A stretch of DNA of 64,000 nt from Methanomassiliicoccaceae archaeon (GTDB lineage: Archaea; Thermoplasmatota; Thermoplasmata; Methanomassiliicoccales; Methanomassiliicoccaceae), in the NCBI GenBank assembly GCA_963728405.1, contig CAVSJV010000002.1:128001-192000 (forward strand). The letters run 5' to 3'. The translations under genes and the position numbers were made by a program. Positions 30,579-40,810 of this stretch are shown in pieces; within the stretch, counting starts at the first letter, position 1; the number at the start of each line of letters is the position of its first letter. The notes beneath the pieces are model-generated. The model saw only the letters and a list, made by a program, of their open reading frames with translations. It searched no databases and was not told the origin of the DNA.

Positions 30579-30722
30579 ATGACTGACAAAATCAAAACAG
30601 AGTGCGAGAAGTGCGGCGCCAAGTTCGAGACCATCGATGAGCTCGGTGAGCACATGGAAGACGTTCACGGTGAGATGCAGAGAAAGCGCGTTATCCCTCG
30701 TAAGAAGCCTAAGAAGAAGTAA
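30579..30722 (+). CDS. Small C2H2 zinc-finger protein with basic tail (47 aa)
   Basis: MTDKIKTECEKCGAKFETIDELGEHMEDVHGEMQRKRVIPRKKPKKK. Confidence 0.75.
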   Translation: MTDKIKTECEKCGAKFETIDELGEHMEDVHGEMQRKRVIPRKKPKKK

Positions 30723-31046
30723 GCAGGATTTGAGAGGCCGGGTCGAGCCGGCCGACCTGCATCCAATGGTAATCCATCCTAGCCATTATTATTAGTCATA
30801 GGCAGGATCGGTTCCCCTTTACATTATTATCTGTTTATCACTGGGCCATGTGCCGCTTTTTCGATAGCTCTCCATCATTATTACACTGCCCCGGTCTTGT
30901 CCAAGTTTCAAGTACTGACCCGGAGCAAGAACGTGGGACTCATAAAGAGTACCAAATAAGGAGTCGCCAATAATTCCGTTCTCAATGGCCGCCGATGCAT
31001 TGGAAGAAGATTCTTGGCGGTGCTCAAGGCACCGCCATCGATGCGT

Positions 31047-31496
31047 TCACCGCCACGGATAGTGCTTAGCTCTCTTATCGGACCAGCCCTCGAGGCCGTA
31101 CTGACGGATCATGTTGTGGTTATATTCGATGGTCTTGCCATGGAATCTTTTTAGGGCAGCCAGCTTCGTACAGCTACTGCTATCTTCACATTCCCAGCAG
31201 CCACGATATCCATTCATCTTCACGCAATCGCGGATGATGCAGACCTTCTTCCCTCCGCCGGCGGCGCAGGGCCCACGACATTCTATGCCCTCGATCTCGT
31301 CAAGGACCCGCACGAAGATGGGGTAGTCCAACAGCTTACCATTGGCCTGCGCGCGCAGGTATGCGTACTGATCGAACTGTGCCTCGTCCAGAGCCTTCTT
31401 CAGCTCCTCTACAGCCTGGAACACTCTCTTATCGCGAGGTATACACTCGCCGCAATAAAGGCCACAATATGCGGTACGGTCGGTCGATTCGGACAT
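31047..31496 (-). CDS. DUF3795-like Cys-rich protein
   Basis: AYCGLYCGEC, CRGPC, CIIRDC, GCWEC. Confidence 0.75.
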   Translation of the reverse strand: MSESTDRTAYCGLYCGECIPRDKRVFQAVEELKKALDEAQFDQYAYLRAQANGKLLDYPIFVRVLDEIEGIECRGPCAAGGGKKVCIIRDCVKMNGYRGCWECEDSSSCTKLAALKRFHGKTIEYNHNMIRQYGLEGWSDKRAKHYPWR

Positions 31497-31625
31497 GATG
31501 CTCAATCCCCCAAGGTCCTGTAGCCTGTTTGAATCTTTCGCAAGCTCCTCTCGATCCAAGGAGCACCACCGTAAAATAGCATCCTAGGTGTAATGGGCGT
31601 GACGGCTGGAGGAAAGTTCCGCAAT

Positions 31626-31805
31626 TCAACATTTTTCCTTCTTTTCTTCCACGGTCGTCCCGTGTCCATCGCGATATTTGTTCATAGTGGCCGATGCGAT
31701 GCGCTCGGCATCAGCCTCCGAACGGCCCTCCTAATTTTCCTCAGAATCCTTGACATGCTCGTACATCCTGTTCATCTTAGGGCCCCTTACTCCTCTGGGT
31801 GGCAT
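31626..31805 (-). CDS. Small hydrophilic protein with in-frame TAG at codon 25
   Basis: MPPRGVRGPKMNRMYEHVKDSEEN*EGRSEADAERIASATMNKYR...; GAGG upstream; resembles bacterial RQYEHIK..AEEIAARTVNK small proteins (from memory). Confidence 0.5.
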
Positions 31806-32102
31806 TCTACTGCCTCTTGAAAGGGTGGATTTTCGGCCCTATTGGAAAGATGCCCGCCGTAGCTGCGCCCCAAGTGACTGTTGGTGGATCATGTTGCTGT
31901 CATGTCGTATGATGGCTCGAGGGTCCTAACGATCTCAATAAGAGTGTTCTGAACGCCTCATCTCGTTCATTACTGGGGGAAGACGAAGGCTGGCACCATT
32001 CTAGTCGAGAGCATTCCCTCCACCGCTCGGTCCCTCATTACGTCTTTGATGATGTCATGACGGATACAGCGGCGCTCTTCCAGCAACATGGGGAGGATGG
32101 CC

Positions 32103-33546
32103 TCAGCCGTTTTCACTCTTATCGAGCGGGAGGTTCACTGCATCCACTCCCCACTCTTTCAGGAAAGTGTTCAGCCACCAGAAGATGTCGTGCTCCTTGA
32201 CCGTAGCTCGAAGGGCCTGGATATGCCTCAGCTTTTCCTCAGGGGTCATGGTCAAGGCCTTGAGGATGGCTCCAGCGGTCATATCCACGTCGTAGGGGTT
32301 GACAATGAGGGCTTCCTTCATCTCCTCGCTGGCTCCGGCGAACTCACTGAGGATCAGGACCCCCTGATCATTGACCGTGACGTACTCCTTTGCTACCAGG
32401 TTCATGCCGTCGACCACAGGGGTGATCATGGCCACGTCCGCGATCTTAAACAAAACCAGTAGCTCATCCCCCGGAATGTGTCGATTCATGTAGATTATGG
32501 GCGTCCAGTGGGGGAGCTGAAACCGGCCGTTCACTCGCCCTACAGTCTCCTCGATCTGCCGTTTCATGTCCCGATACTCGGTGATGATCGAGCGGGTCGG
32601 CGAGGCCACCTGGACGAAGGAGATCTTTCCCTGATACTTGGGATTGCTCTCCAGGAACCTTTCGAATGCGAGGAACCTGTTCAGTATCCCCTTGGTATAG
32701 TCCAGGCGGTCCACTCCCAGCAGTATGTTCTCGATGCCCATCTTGCGCTTGAGCCGGACCGCTCTCTTTTTTATGGTCTCCGCCTCGCTCTGCGTGCGAT
32801 AGCTCTGGTAATCGATACCGATGGGGAACGTTTTTGACATTAGTGACGTGGCCGTCCAGCTCGACGGCCGAGTCGGTGATCGTAGCCTCCGGAAATTCCT
32901 TCCTGATGGAGTTGAGAAAATTATTCGAATAGGTGGTGGTGTGGAAGCCCAATAGATCGGCGCCCAGCAGCCCCTTCATGAGCTCCTTGCGCCAAGGTAT
33001 GCAAGAGAACGTTTCCACGGATGGGAAGGGAATGTGCCAGAACAGGGCGATGTTGGCGTGCGGTATCTGCTCTCGAACTTTGGCGGGAACGAGACAATAA
33101 TGGACGTCCTGGATCCACAGATTGTCGCCATCGTTCATCTCCTCGACCGCAGCCGCCGCGAATTTATCATTGACCTTCTTGTAGGTCTCCCAGTAATCGC
33201 GATTGAACTGGGCATTCTCCTGGAACATGTGGCACACCGGCCAGATGATCCTGTTACAAAAGCCATAATAGTAGTCGGCCACCTCCTTGGTCGACAACCA
33301 GACCCGTCTCAGAGTGTATCTGGGGCATTCTGGGGGGACCATGATCCTTCCGGCCTGGTCGCTCACCTCCATATCTGCGCTCCCGCTCCCCCAGGCGATC
33401 CAGGTCCCCTGGGTGGCCTGCATCACTGGGTCCAAGGCTGTCACCAGTCCACCGGTCGGCACCTTGCATCGTATCCCTCTCTTGCCCCTTTCGTGAATAT
33501 AGGGCTCTCTATTCGACATTAAAATGATCTTCGATCCGTTCTTCAT
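32103..33546 (-). CDS. otsA: Trehalose-6-phosphate synthase (GT20), indel near 32835
   Basis: SNREPY, GGLVTAL, FWHIPFP, GVDRLDYTKG, DGMNLVAKEY, LSEFAGA. Confidence 0.9.
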
Positions 33547-33704
33547 CCAGACCTGGATTCAATAGAAACCCACTGGTATTTAACATCAAAGCTGAATAGT
33601 AAAATAATATAATCATCCAAATATGGTATTACGTGGGCTGATTATCTCTAATGATACCTAGTTGCCAACATTTCTTAAAAAGGCCAGGGGTAGGAGCGGG
33701 GCCG

Positions 33705-34247
33705 ATGATCGCACTGACCCACCTGGTCCTGGCCTTGTTGCTAATAAGGGTATTCGGTCTGGACCGCAACGCCGCGTTCGCCACCCTTTTATTCGGGGTG
33801 TTCATCGATCTCGACCATCTGTTCGGGATGGTCAACTTCTTGATGAAAGAGGGCCCGACAAATGCCCTGAACGTCGATGCTGCCTTGGCCTCAGATATTC
33901 AGTGGAAGAGCCTTCTGCACAGCCCGGAGGGCATATTGTTCGTGGCACCGGTGGTCCTGGTAACGCGGTGGACGATCCCTTTGTTGGCATGGGGACTGCA
34001 TCTGGTGATGGACTATGTTCAGATGAACTATCTGGGCATATCCTCCCCCACCGAGATCGTGCTGCTCGTCACCATGGGCATAGGGCTACTTTACCTGGAA
34101 CATCAGGACTATGTGGCCGGAACAGAAAAAGTCTCGTCCCGCGGGTTTCTGGACTGGGAGGTGGCCAAGCTCTTGAGCTTCGCGGACAGCCTGCCCTTCG
34201 TCCACTATTTCAGAAAGAAGAGAGGACCTCGAGGTACTTCCTCGTGA
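33705..34247 (+). CDS. Membrane-bound metal-dependent hydrolase-like protein
   Basis: LTHL, IDLDH, LLHS, HLVMD His/Asp motifs between hydrophobic segments. Confidence 0.65.
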   Translation: MIALTHLVLALLLIRVFGLDRNAAFATLLFGVFIDLDHLFGMVNFLMKEGPTNALNVDAALASDIQWKSLLHSPEGILFVAPVVLVTRWTIPLLAWGLHLVMDYVQMNYLGISSPTEIVLLVTMGIGLLYLEHQDYVAGTEKVSSRGFLDWEVAKLLSFADSLPFVHYFRKKRGPRGTSS

Positions 34248-35208
34248 AATCTCTGGTCCCCAGCCCCCCGCCCACGTCCCTGGTACGGATGCCCAGGTCA
34301 AGGGCTCGGGGGATCGAACCCTCCACCCGTTCTGCCTTGTGACCCATGCCGAGATAACGAAGCATCATTGCCGCTGAGAGAATGGCGGCCACCGGGTTCG
34401 CCCGGTCCTGCCCCGCGATATCCGGAGCTGAGCCATGGGTCGGTTCGAACAGGGCGAACCTCTCCCCCATGTTCACGGATGGAGCAAAGCCAAGTCCGCC
34501 CACCAGCGCGGCGGCCTCGTCCGATAGGATGTCACCATAAAGGTTCAAGGTCACCAGGCAGTCCAGCTTCTTCGGCTGGAGCACCAGGGCGGCCGCGGCA
34601 GCATCGACCAGCAGTTCACGTCCCTCCAGTCCGCTGTCCTTGATCCGTTCCCAGAACAATTCACGGAACAATCCGTCGGAACGGCGCAGAACATTGGACT
34701 TATGCACGCAGGTGATGCTCTTTCGCCCTTCCGTTTGGCAGAGCTCGATCCCTTTGTCTACGATGCGTTGGCAGGCCTTCCGGGTGACCTTACGTTCGGT
34801 TATGATCCCGTCCGGAAGCTCTCTTTCTACCCCGGCGTACATGCCCTCGGTGTTCTCCCTAACAATGACCACATCAAGGTCCACCAGGCCAATAGATGGA
34901 TGAAGCCGCTTCACTGGTCGGATGTTGGCATACAGGTCGAAGGTCTTCCTCAGGAAGAGAAGCGGTGAGCGGTAGCTGGGATCGTAGGTCGTTGGGGAGG
35001 TAATCGCCCCGAACAGCGCAGCATCGCTCTCGTTCAGCAGGTCGACGGTGCGCTCGGGGAGGTAAGAGCCATGCCTCTGGAAGCAGGCCAATCCCATCTC
35101 TGCCTCGGTCATTTCTAGGTCGGCGTCCACCGCTTTGAGGACCTCTACCGCCGAACTGATGACCTCGGGGCCGATGCCATCCCCCCCGATCACCGTGATC
35201 TTTTTCAT
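34210..35208 (-). CDS. Isocitrate/isopropylmalate (homoisocitrate) dehydrogenase family
   Basis: GDGIGPEV, RENTEG, NLYGDILSD, EPTHGSAPDIAG. Confidence 0.92.
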   Translation of the reverse strand: MKKITVIGGDGIGPEVISSAVEVLKAVDADLEMTEAEMGLACFQRHGSYLPERTVDLLNESDAALFGAITSPTTYDPSYRSPLLFLRKTFDLYANIRPVKRLHPSIGLVDLDVVIVRENTEGMYAGVERELPDGIITERKVTRKACQRIVDKGIELCQTEGRKSITCVHKSNVLRRSDGLFRELFWERIKDSGLEGRELLVDAAAAALVLQPKKLDCLVTLNLYGDILSDEAAALVGGLGFAPSVNMGERFALFEPTHGSAPDIAGQDRANPVAAILSAAMMLRYLGMGHKAERVEGSIPRALDLGIRTRDVGGGLGTRDFTRKYLEVLSSF

Positions 35209-36147
35209 CGCTTCTCAAGCCTCTCGATGAGACTGGCCACGATGATCGGCAGGGTGATCGTCGCGTCCCCCTCCACGGTCACATGGTCGGCGGTCTCCTT
35301 GACCTTGCCCCAGGAGACCGCTTCACGGATCTGGGCCCCCGATAGCGAGCCGTCATACTCGACCGCAGTGGTCAGGTAGATAGCATGGTCCAAACCGCCC
35401 CGGAACTGGTTCCACCAGATGGTATGGTGCTTGGATATGCCCCCTCCTATCATGATGGCACCGCTCTCCTTGGCGTCGAACACCATGTCCATGAGGTCCT
35501 GCTCGTCCTGGAACAGATCCACCCGAAGTTTGCGATGTTCCTGCCAGTACATCCAAAGCTGGCTGCCGAAGGAACCATCGGTGATGCCCGGTATGAACAC
35601 CGGTATGTTGTTGCGATGGCACCAGTAGGCCATGGAGCCCTCGTCATCCAGACGGGCTCCCACCTGGTCCACCAGTTCGCGGGTAGAGATGGAATCTCGC
35701 CCCTTCAGGATATCCTTGAACATGGGCATCAACTTTCGTTCCAGGACAACACCGTAACTGGAATTTGGCACCAGCACATTGCCGAGGCGGTTCACCCCCT
35801 CGCGATGCAGCTTGGCGTCATCCATCAGGAAATCGCCGTGATAGTAGCTCTTCCACGAACGGGCCAGGTCATGGTCCATGGTGCCGCAGGTAGTGATGAT
35901 CACATCGACCAGCTTCCTTTTGACCAGCTCGACGATGACCCCCCTGGTCCCGGTAGCCATGATGCAGGCAGGGAATGATAGGAACGTCAGTACAACCGTC
36001 CTTACGGACCATCTTCTCGACGATATCCACCGCCTCAGATAGTTTCCTGCCGGTGAAGCCACCGGACTGCTTTAGCTGGACCATCAGATCGTCCACGGTC
36101 ATCTCTCCATCGATCTTGATGTCCTTGACCGGTCTCTTGGCTTTCAT
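35205..36147 (-). CDS. dys: Deoxyhypusine synthase, indel near 35975
   Basis: GGFTGRKL, NRLGNV, TDGSFG, GGGISKH, DGSLSGA..EAVSWGK. Confidence 0.92.
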
Positions 36148-36251
36148 TTATGCGAACTCCTTTCTCGACGGTCAAATGCAACCCCCTGGACCTTAATAAA
36201 AATTGGCATGGGTGAGACGATAGGGACAGGGTACGACTGCTCATTGAGGCC

Positions 36252-36830
36252 TTATTCCCAGGCAGCCAGTATCTTGGACAACCCCTCCCGGGACCCCGCC
36301 TCCCCGTCATTGTTGTCCAGCACCGTCCATTCAGAGGATAGCATGACGACCTTGTCACGCACCTTGATCAGGTCGGCCAGGTTCTCGAACATCTCCTCCT
36401 TGTCGTCCCTCATGGCCATCCGGCGGAGAGCCGTCTCAGGGGTCACGTCGACCAGCAGCAGCCTCTTCGGGAGGGGCAGCAGCTTGGTGATGACGTCATA
36501 GCCTCTTTGAGCGTAGCGCTTGGGAAGGTACGCAGCACCCATTACGTACCTGACGAACACGATGTCATCGAACTCCCTTTTCCACTTTTTTAACCTGGAC
36601 ACGGAGATGAGGACATCCAGTATGTAGAAAAGGGTAGAAAGGGCATACATATGAAGCCCCTTGTTTTGCAGGGATCGGCGAGCGATCATCCCGGTCAGTC
36701 GGTCGGAGGGGTGCATCTGGACCAGAACTTTCTCCCCTTGGGCCTCGTAATGCTCCTTGATCCAATTGGCCACCGTGGTCTTGCCGGAGCCGTCCAGACC
36801 CTCGACCACGATCCAGCGTCGCAGGTTCAG
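36252..36830 (-). CDS. tmk: Thymidylate kinase family
   Basis: VEGLDGSGKTT P-loop, LVDVTPETALRR; start uncertain (CTG 36830 or GTG 36809). Confidence 0.8.
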   Translation of the reverse strand: MNLRRWIVVEGLDGSGKTTVANWIKEHYEAQGEKVLVQMHPSDRLTGMIARRSLQNKGLHMYALSTLFYILDVLISVSRLKKWKREFDDIVFVRYVMGAAYLPKRYAQRGYDVITKLLPLPKRLLLVDVTPETALRRMAMRDDKEEMFENLADLIKVRDKVVMLSSEWTVLDNNDGEAGSREGLSKILAAWE

Positions 36831-37555
36831 GCCCCCGCTAGCAGCCCTTCCACCATCAGGACGAGGGCAGCGGTCGAAAAAGGGACGATGAGGTTGTCGT
36901 ATTCGCCCGGTGAGAACAGCTCCACCACGGCGACGAACACTCCCACCAGGGCAGAGACAGCGATGGCCATCGCCGTCCCGAAGTAGAAGACATTCAATGA
37001 GGGGATATACTCATTGAGGAAGGTGTAGAAAGAGATGACCGTCAAGGTCGCCAGAAATGTTCCGCAGAAGACCGCTGCGGTGCCTACGTAGCTCTTATCC
37101 TTCCAGATCTTGAGGTGACCATATTGTTTCCCGACGAGGCCGCCGACCCCGTCGCCATAGGACATGGCCACGATGGCTATGCTCGCCACCAATCGGTTGT
37201 CGAAGAGCAGAAGGGCCAGGGCGGTCCAGGAAATGGCATAGTATACCAGTCCAAGACCATGACCCTGCGATGTAGCCATCTTGAGGAAGGAATTGTCCAG
37301 TTTCCGTAGGGGGGAACTCGGGGTCACCAGAATGAGGAGGAATATGAAGGGAGCTGCCGCCAGGAAGGCCATGATGTATTGTGAATCAAAGACCCACCAG
37401 AGGAAAACGATATTGCCAACCATTATGTGAACGATCTTGCGGTAGCCACATCCCGGGTACCTCTTTTTGGCGTATACGGAAATCACGATCACGAGAGCCA
37501 CGTAAGAATAGACCAGGATCAATCCTACGATATTCCCCGTGCTTAGCATAAACAT
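36827..37555 (-). CDS. Polyprenol/dolichol (phytol) kinase family membrane protein
   Basis: RKIVHI, GDGVGGLVG, KSYVG, DNLIVP. Confidence 0.85.
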   Translation of the reverse strand: MFMLSTGNIVGLILVYSYVALVIVISVYAKKRYPGCGYRKIVHIMVGNIVFLWWVFDSQYIMAFLAAAPFIFLLILVTPSSPLRKLDNSFLKMATSQGHGLGLVYYAISWTALALLLFDNRLVASIAIVAMSYGDGVGGLVGKQYGHLKIWKDKSYVGTAAVFCGTFLATLTVISFYTFLNEYIPSLNVFYFGTAMAIAVSALVGVFVAVVELFSPGEYDNLIVPFSTAALVLMVEGLLAGA

Positions 37556-37674
37556 CGCGGGGAACGCCATGCCATTAGTTATATCTTGCCTGGCATATGG
37601 CCCTCCCCCTATCACACTGGATAATTAGTCAATAAGTTTTATATTATCATCACGAAATCTAAACATGGGCTGGA

Positions 37675-38361
37675 ATGAACGAACGCGATGAGTCATTGCT
37701 GAAATATATCATGGCCTCAATAGGCGATGGCGCCTCGGGGCCGGTTTTGTTCGATGTCAATTCCACCCAGTTCGTGAGGGTGAACCTGGTCGTCCTCAAG
37801 GGCTTGCTTCTTCAAAGGGGCCTCAACGGCATGTTCATTTCGGTGGACCGACCGCACCAATATATGGTGCATCTCCTGAGGATGCACAAGATCAACTTGG
37901 AGAACCTGATGTTCATAGATGCCATCGGCCGGTTCTCCGCCGACCGTAAGGAATGCATGGCCAGTGTTGGCTATGTCGACGCTCCGTTCCATATCGACAC
38001 CTTACCGGCGGCCATCAACAACATGGGCAACAACGGCACCAAGAAGCTGAACGTCGACACCTGTGGGTTCGCCATGATCGATAATCTGGCCGCCCTGCTC
38101 CCGTACAACAGCTACACATCGGTGGAATCGTTCCTCAGAAGTTTCGTGGGGGTCATGACCTCCCGAGGCAACACCATCGTTCCGTTGGTGGTGGACAAAG
38201 AGAAGAGCGGGCTCCTATACGAAACGGCCAGGTCCATGGCCACAAAGGAGATCGATTGCCGCATTGAGAACATCCCAGCGGAGGCAGGTGGTGTTTCCCA
38301 GGCAAAGGCGACCGATGTCAGGAAGATATCAGAGTTCAGATACATGGAAGGGGGAATATAA
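37675..38361 (+). CDS. Hypothetical KaiC-associated inactive RecA-fold protein
   Basis: MFISVDRP, MFIDAIG, MIDNLAALLPYN; no Walker A; immediately upstream of a KaiC-like gene. Confidence 0.6.
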   Translation: MNERDESLLKYIMASIGDGASGPVLFDVNSTQFVRVNLVVLKGLLLQRGLNGMFISVDRPHQYMVHLLRMHKINLENLMFIDAIGRFSADRKECMASVGYVDAPFHIDTLPAAINNMGNNGTKKLNVDTCGFAMIDNLAALLPYNSYTSVESFLRSFVGVMTSRGNTIVPLVVDKEKSGLLYETARSMATKEIDCRIENIPAEAGGVSQAKATDVRKISEFRYMEGGI

Positions 38362-38363
38362 TA

Positions 38364-39068
38364 ATGGCCATATCCAGCGCACCAAGGGGAAACGAACTTA
38401 TCAGGATCAGCTCTGGGATACCCGGGCTTGACGAGATGATCGAGGGCGGCTTTCCCTTCCCGGCGGTGATCATGGTCGCAGGGGGTGCAGGCACTGGGAA
38501 GACCACCTTTGCCCTGAAATACCTCAGCGAGGGAGCCCGCAAGGGCGAGCAAGGGCTCTATTTCACTACCCTCAGCGAACCGACCCAATGGATGCTGAGA
38601 TATGCATCTCAGTTCAACTTTATCAATCCCGACGCTTTCGGCGACAAGATCGTGTACACCGACCTGGGTTCCATGATCAGGGATATCGAGCCGGCCGAGC
38701 TCCTGAACGTCATGGAGGAGAAGATCGCCGAGGTCCTCCCTCAAAGGATCGTCATCGATCCGATATCGGTCATCGGTGGAATGATCAAGGGCAATTACCG
38801 CGCCTTCCTTTTTGATATGGCCAATCGCTTGAAGAACTGGAACGCCACCACTGTGGTCACTGGGGAGGTAAATCCCGGAGAACTTTACCCCACCGAGCTG
38901 GCCTATGCGGTCGATGGGATAGTCCTTCTTCTTATGGCCGAGGAGGAAGGAGCGCGCCGGAAGTATATCGAGGTCCTCAAGATGAGGGGCACCAATCACA
39001 TGACCGGTAAACAGTCCATCGACATCAATCGCAACGACGGCATTGTGGTCCTGAAGTCCCGCTTCTGA
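38364..39068 (+). CDS. Single-domain KaiC/RAD55 family ATPase
   Basis: SSGIPGLDEMIEGG, GGAGTGKTT, IVIDP, VDGIVLL, VLKMRGT. Confidence 0.92.
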   Translation: MAISSAPRGNELIRISSGIPGLDEMIEGGFPFPAVIMVAGGAGTGKTTFALKYLSEGARKGEQGLYFTTLSEPTQWMLRYASQFNFINPDAFGDKIVYTDLGSMIRDIEPAELLNVMEEKIAEVLPQRIVIDPISVIGGMIKGNYRAFLFDMANRLKNWNATTVVTGEVNPGELYPTELAYAVDGIVLLLMAEEEGARRKYIEVLKMRGTNHMTGKQSIDINRNDGIVVLKSRF

Positions 39069-39136
39069 TCCGGGCAGTTATGAAATAGCCTGCAGGATAT
39101 GGCGGCAGAGGTGCTCCTCTGATCGATATAGCCCTA

Positions 39137-40151
39137 ATGGCAGGCCTGGTCGTAGTGGTGGCGTTGTTCTTCGCCTTCACCAACGGCTTCCAGGACTCCA
39201 GCGCGACCGTTGCCACGATGGTGGCCAGTCGTGCTGCCAGTCCCAAGGCGGGGGTGCTGTACTCCTCGGCCTTCGGCTTTCTCGGAGCCATGCTGGGGGG
39301 CAGCGCGGTGGCCTTTACCGTGGAGGGTTTGGTCCATGTGTCATCGGATGAATTGTTCATCAACATCCTGTTCGCAGCGGTATTGAGCGCGGCGTCCTGG
39401 AACATCATCACCTGGTGGTTTGGCCTGCCTTCCTCGTCAACACATGCATTGATCGGTGGGTTGATCGGTGGGGGTATCGCCGGAGCGGGTCTGGGAAGCA
39501 TATCATGGGGCTTTGACGAGCTTCTCGCCGGTCAACTGACCGGACTGACCAAGGTGCTGATATTCCTGCTCGCATCGGTGGGCATCGGGTTCGCTGGAGG
39601 CTTCGTTATCAAGAGCGCGAGCACGATCGCGTTGCGTAATGCCAAGCGGAGCGTGAATCGATCGATCAAACGGTCCCAGTACATAACCACGGCGATACTG
39701 GCATTCTCCCATGGGGCCAATGACGCGCAGAAGCAGATGGGTATCATCGTGGTCGCGCTGCTATCGGCCGGAGTGGTGACCACCCAAGAGATCCCACTAT
39801 GGGTCCGTTTCCTTTGTGCCACGGCCATCGCCCTGGGGACCATCGGGGGAGGCTGGAAGATCATGAAGACCTTGGGGCGAAGGATCTCATCCGATAAAGC
39901 CGATAGACAGTTTGGACTCCCAGCTGACCTCATCGGGTACGATCCTGCTCTCCACCGCGGCCGGGGCGCCCATCTCCTCGACCCAGGTCGTCGCTTCCAG
40001 CATTATGGGGGCGGGTGCCGCGGAGAGGGCCAGGATGGTGCAATGGTCGGTGGGAAAGCACATGGTCATCTCATGGTTGCTGACAATTCCGGCTTCGGCG
40101 GTGCTCTCAGCGGTCGTGTTTTATATTCTCCAGGTCGTATTGAACTTCTAA
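39137..40151 (+). CDS. pit: PiT family inorganic phosphate transporter, indel near 39890 (artificially merged with the next gene in the ORF track)
   Basis: NGFQDS, GLPSSSTHAL, SHGANDAQK, APISSTQ. Confidence 0.9.
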
Positions 40152-40162
40152 GGTGGATGCAT

Positions 40163-40807
40163 ATGAACGGAGGAAAGGGAGAACGGAAGGGATGGGGGTT
40201 CGGCTCAATCTTCCCGCCCAATTATGATTTCCACGCGATGCTCTTTGCCCAGGCCGACAAGACCAGAGGGGGGGTCAGGGCGCTCTCCGACTGGCTGAAG
40301 ACGAACGATCTGCGGGTACCCCCGGAAGAGCTGCAAAGGATCGAGCAGGAGGCCGACGACATGCGACATGATATGGAAAAACTCCTGCTGAATGCCTTCT
40401 CCACCCCGTTCGATCGGCAGGACATCTATTCAATATCGCGCCAGATGGATTACATTCTCAACTTCTGCCTATCCACGGCGATCGAGATGAGGGCCTTCGG
40501 GGTCCACCCGGACAAGGCCACCATAGGCATGACTACCAGCCTCCAGCAAGGGGTCGAGAAGGTCAAAGAGGCCATCGGCATCATGGCCAAAGACCCCGCC
40601 AAGGCCGACGCTATGATCAGGGACATAAGAAGGTCCGAGCGGGAGATCGAGGTGTTGTATGTTGCCAGCATCGCTGCGGTCTTCGATACCGATACACCTA
40701 TAGATGCAATGAAGAAGCGCGAAGTGTATCATCATCTCAAGGACGCCGGGCGTACGCTGAGCATTACGATCGATATCCTTCATCGCATCATCGTGGAGTT
40801 GGCATAG
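40163..40807 (+). CDS. DUF47 / PhoU-like phosphate transport regulator
   Basis: EQEADDMRH, FSTPFDRQDI; downstream of pit. Confidence 0.85.
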   Translation: MNGGKGERKGWGFGSIFPPNYDFHAMLFAQADKTRGGVRALSDWLKTNDLRVPPEELQRIEQEADDMRHDMEKLLLNAFSTPFDRQDIYSISRQMDYILNFCLSTAIEMRAFGVHPDKATIGMTTSLQQGVEKVKEAIGIMAKDPAKADAMIRDIRRSEREIEVLYVASIAAVFDTDTPIDAMKKREVYHHLKDAGRTLSITIDILHRIIVELA

Positions 40808-40810
40808 TAC

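Noticed and set aside
39137-40807. PiT-DUF47 fusion (556-aa ORF)
   Set aside because: The PiT C-terminus is in another frame (39912..40151) and the connecting peptide is junk, so this is a frameshift artifact.
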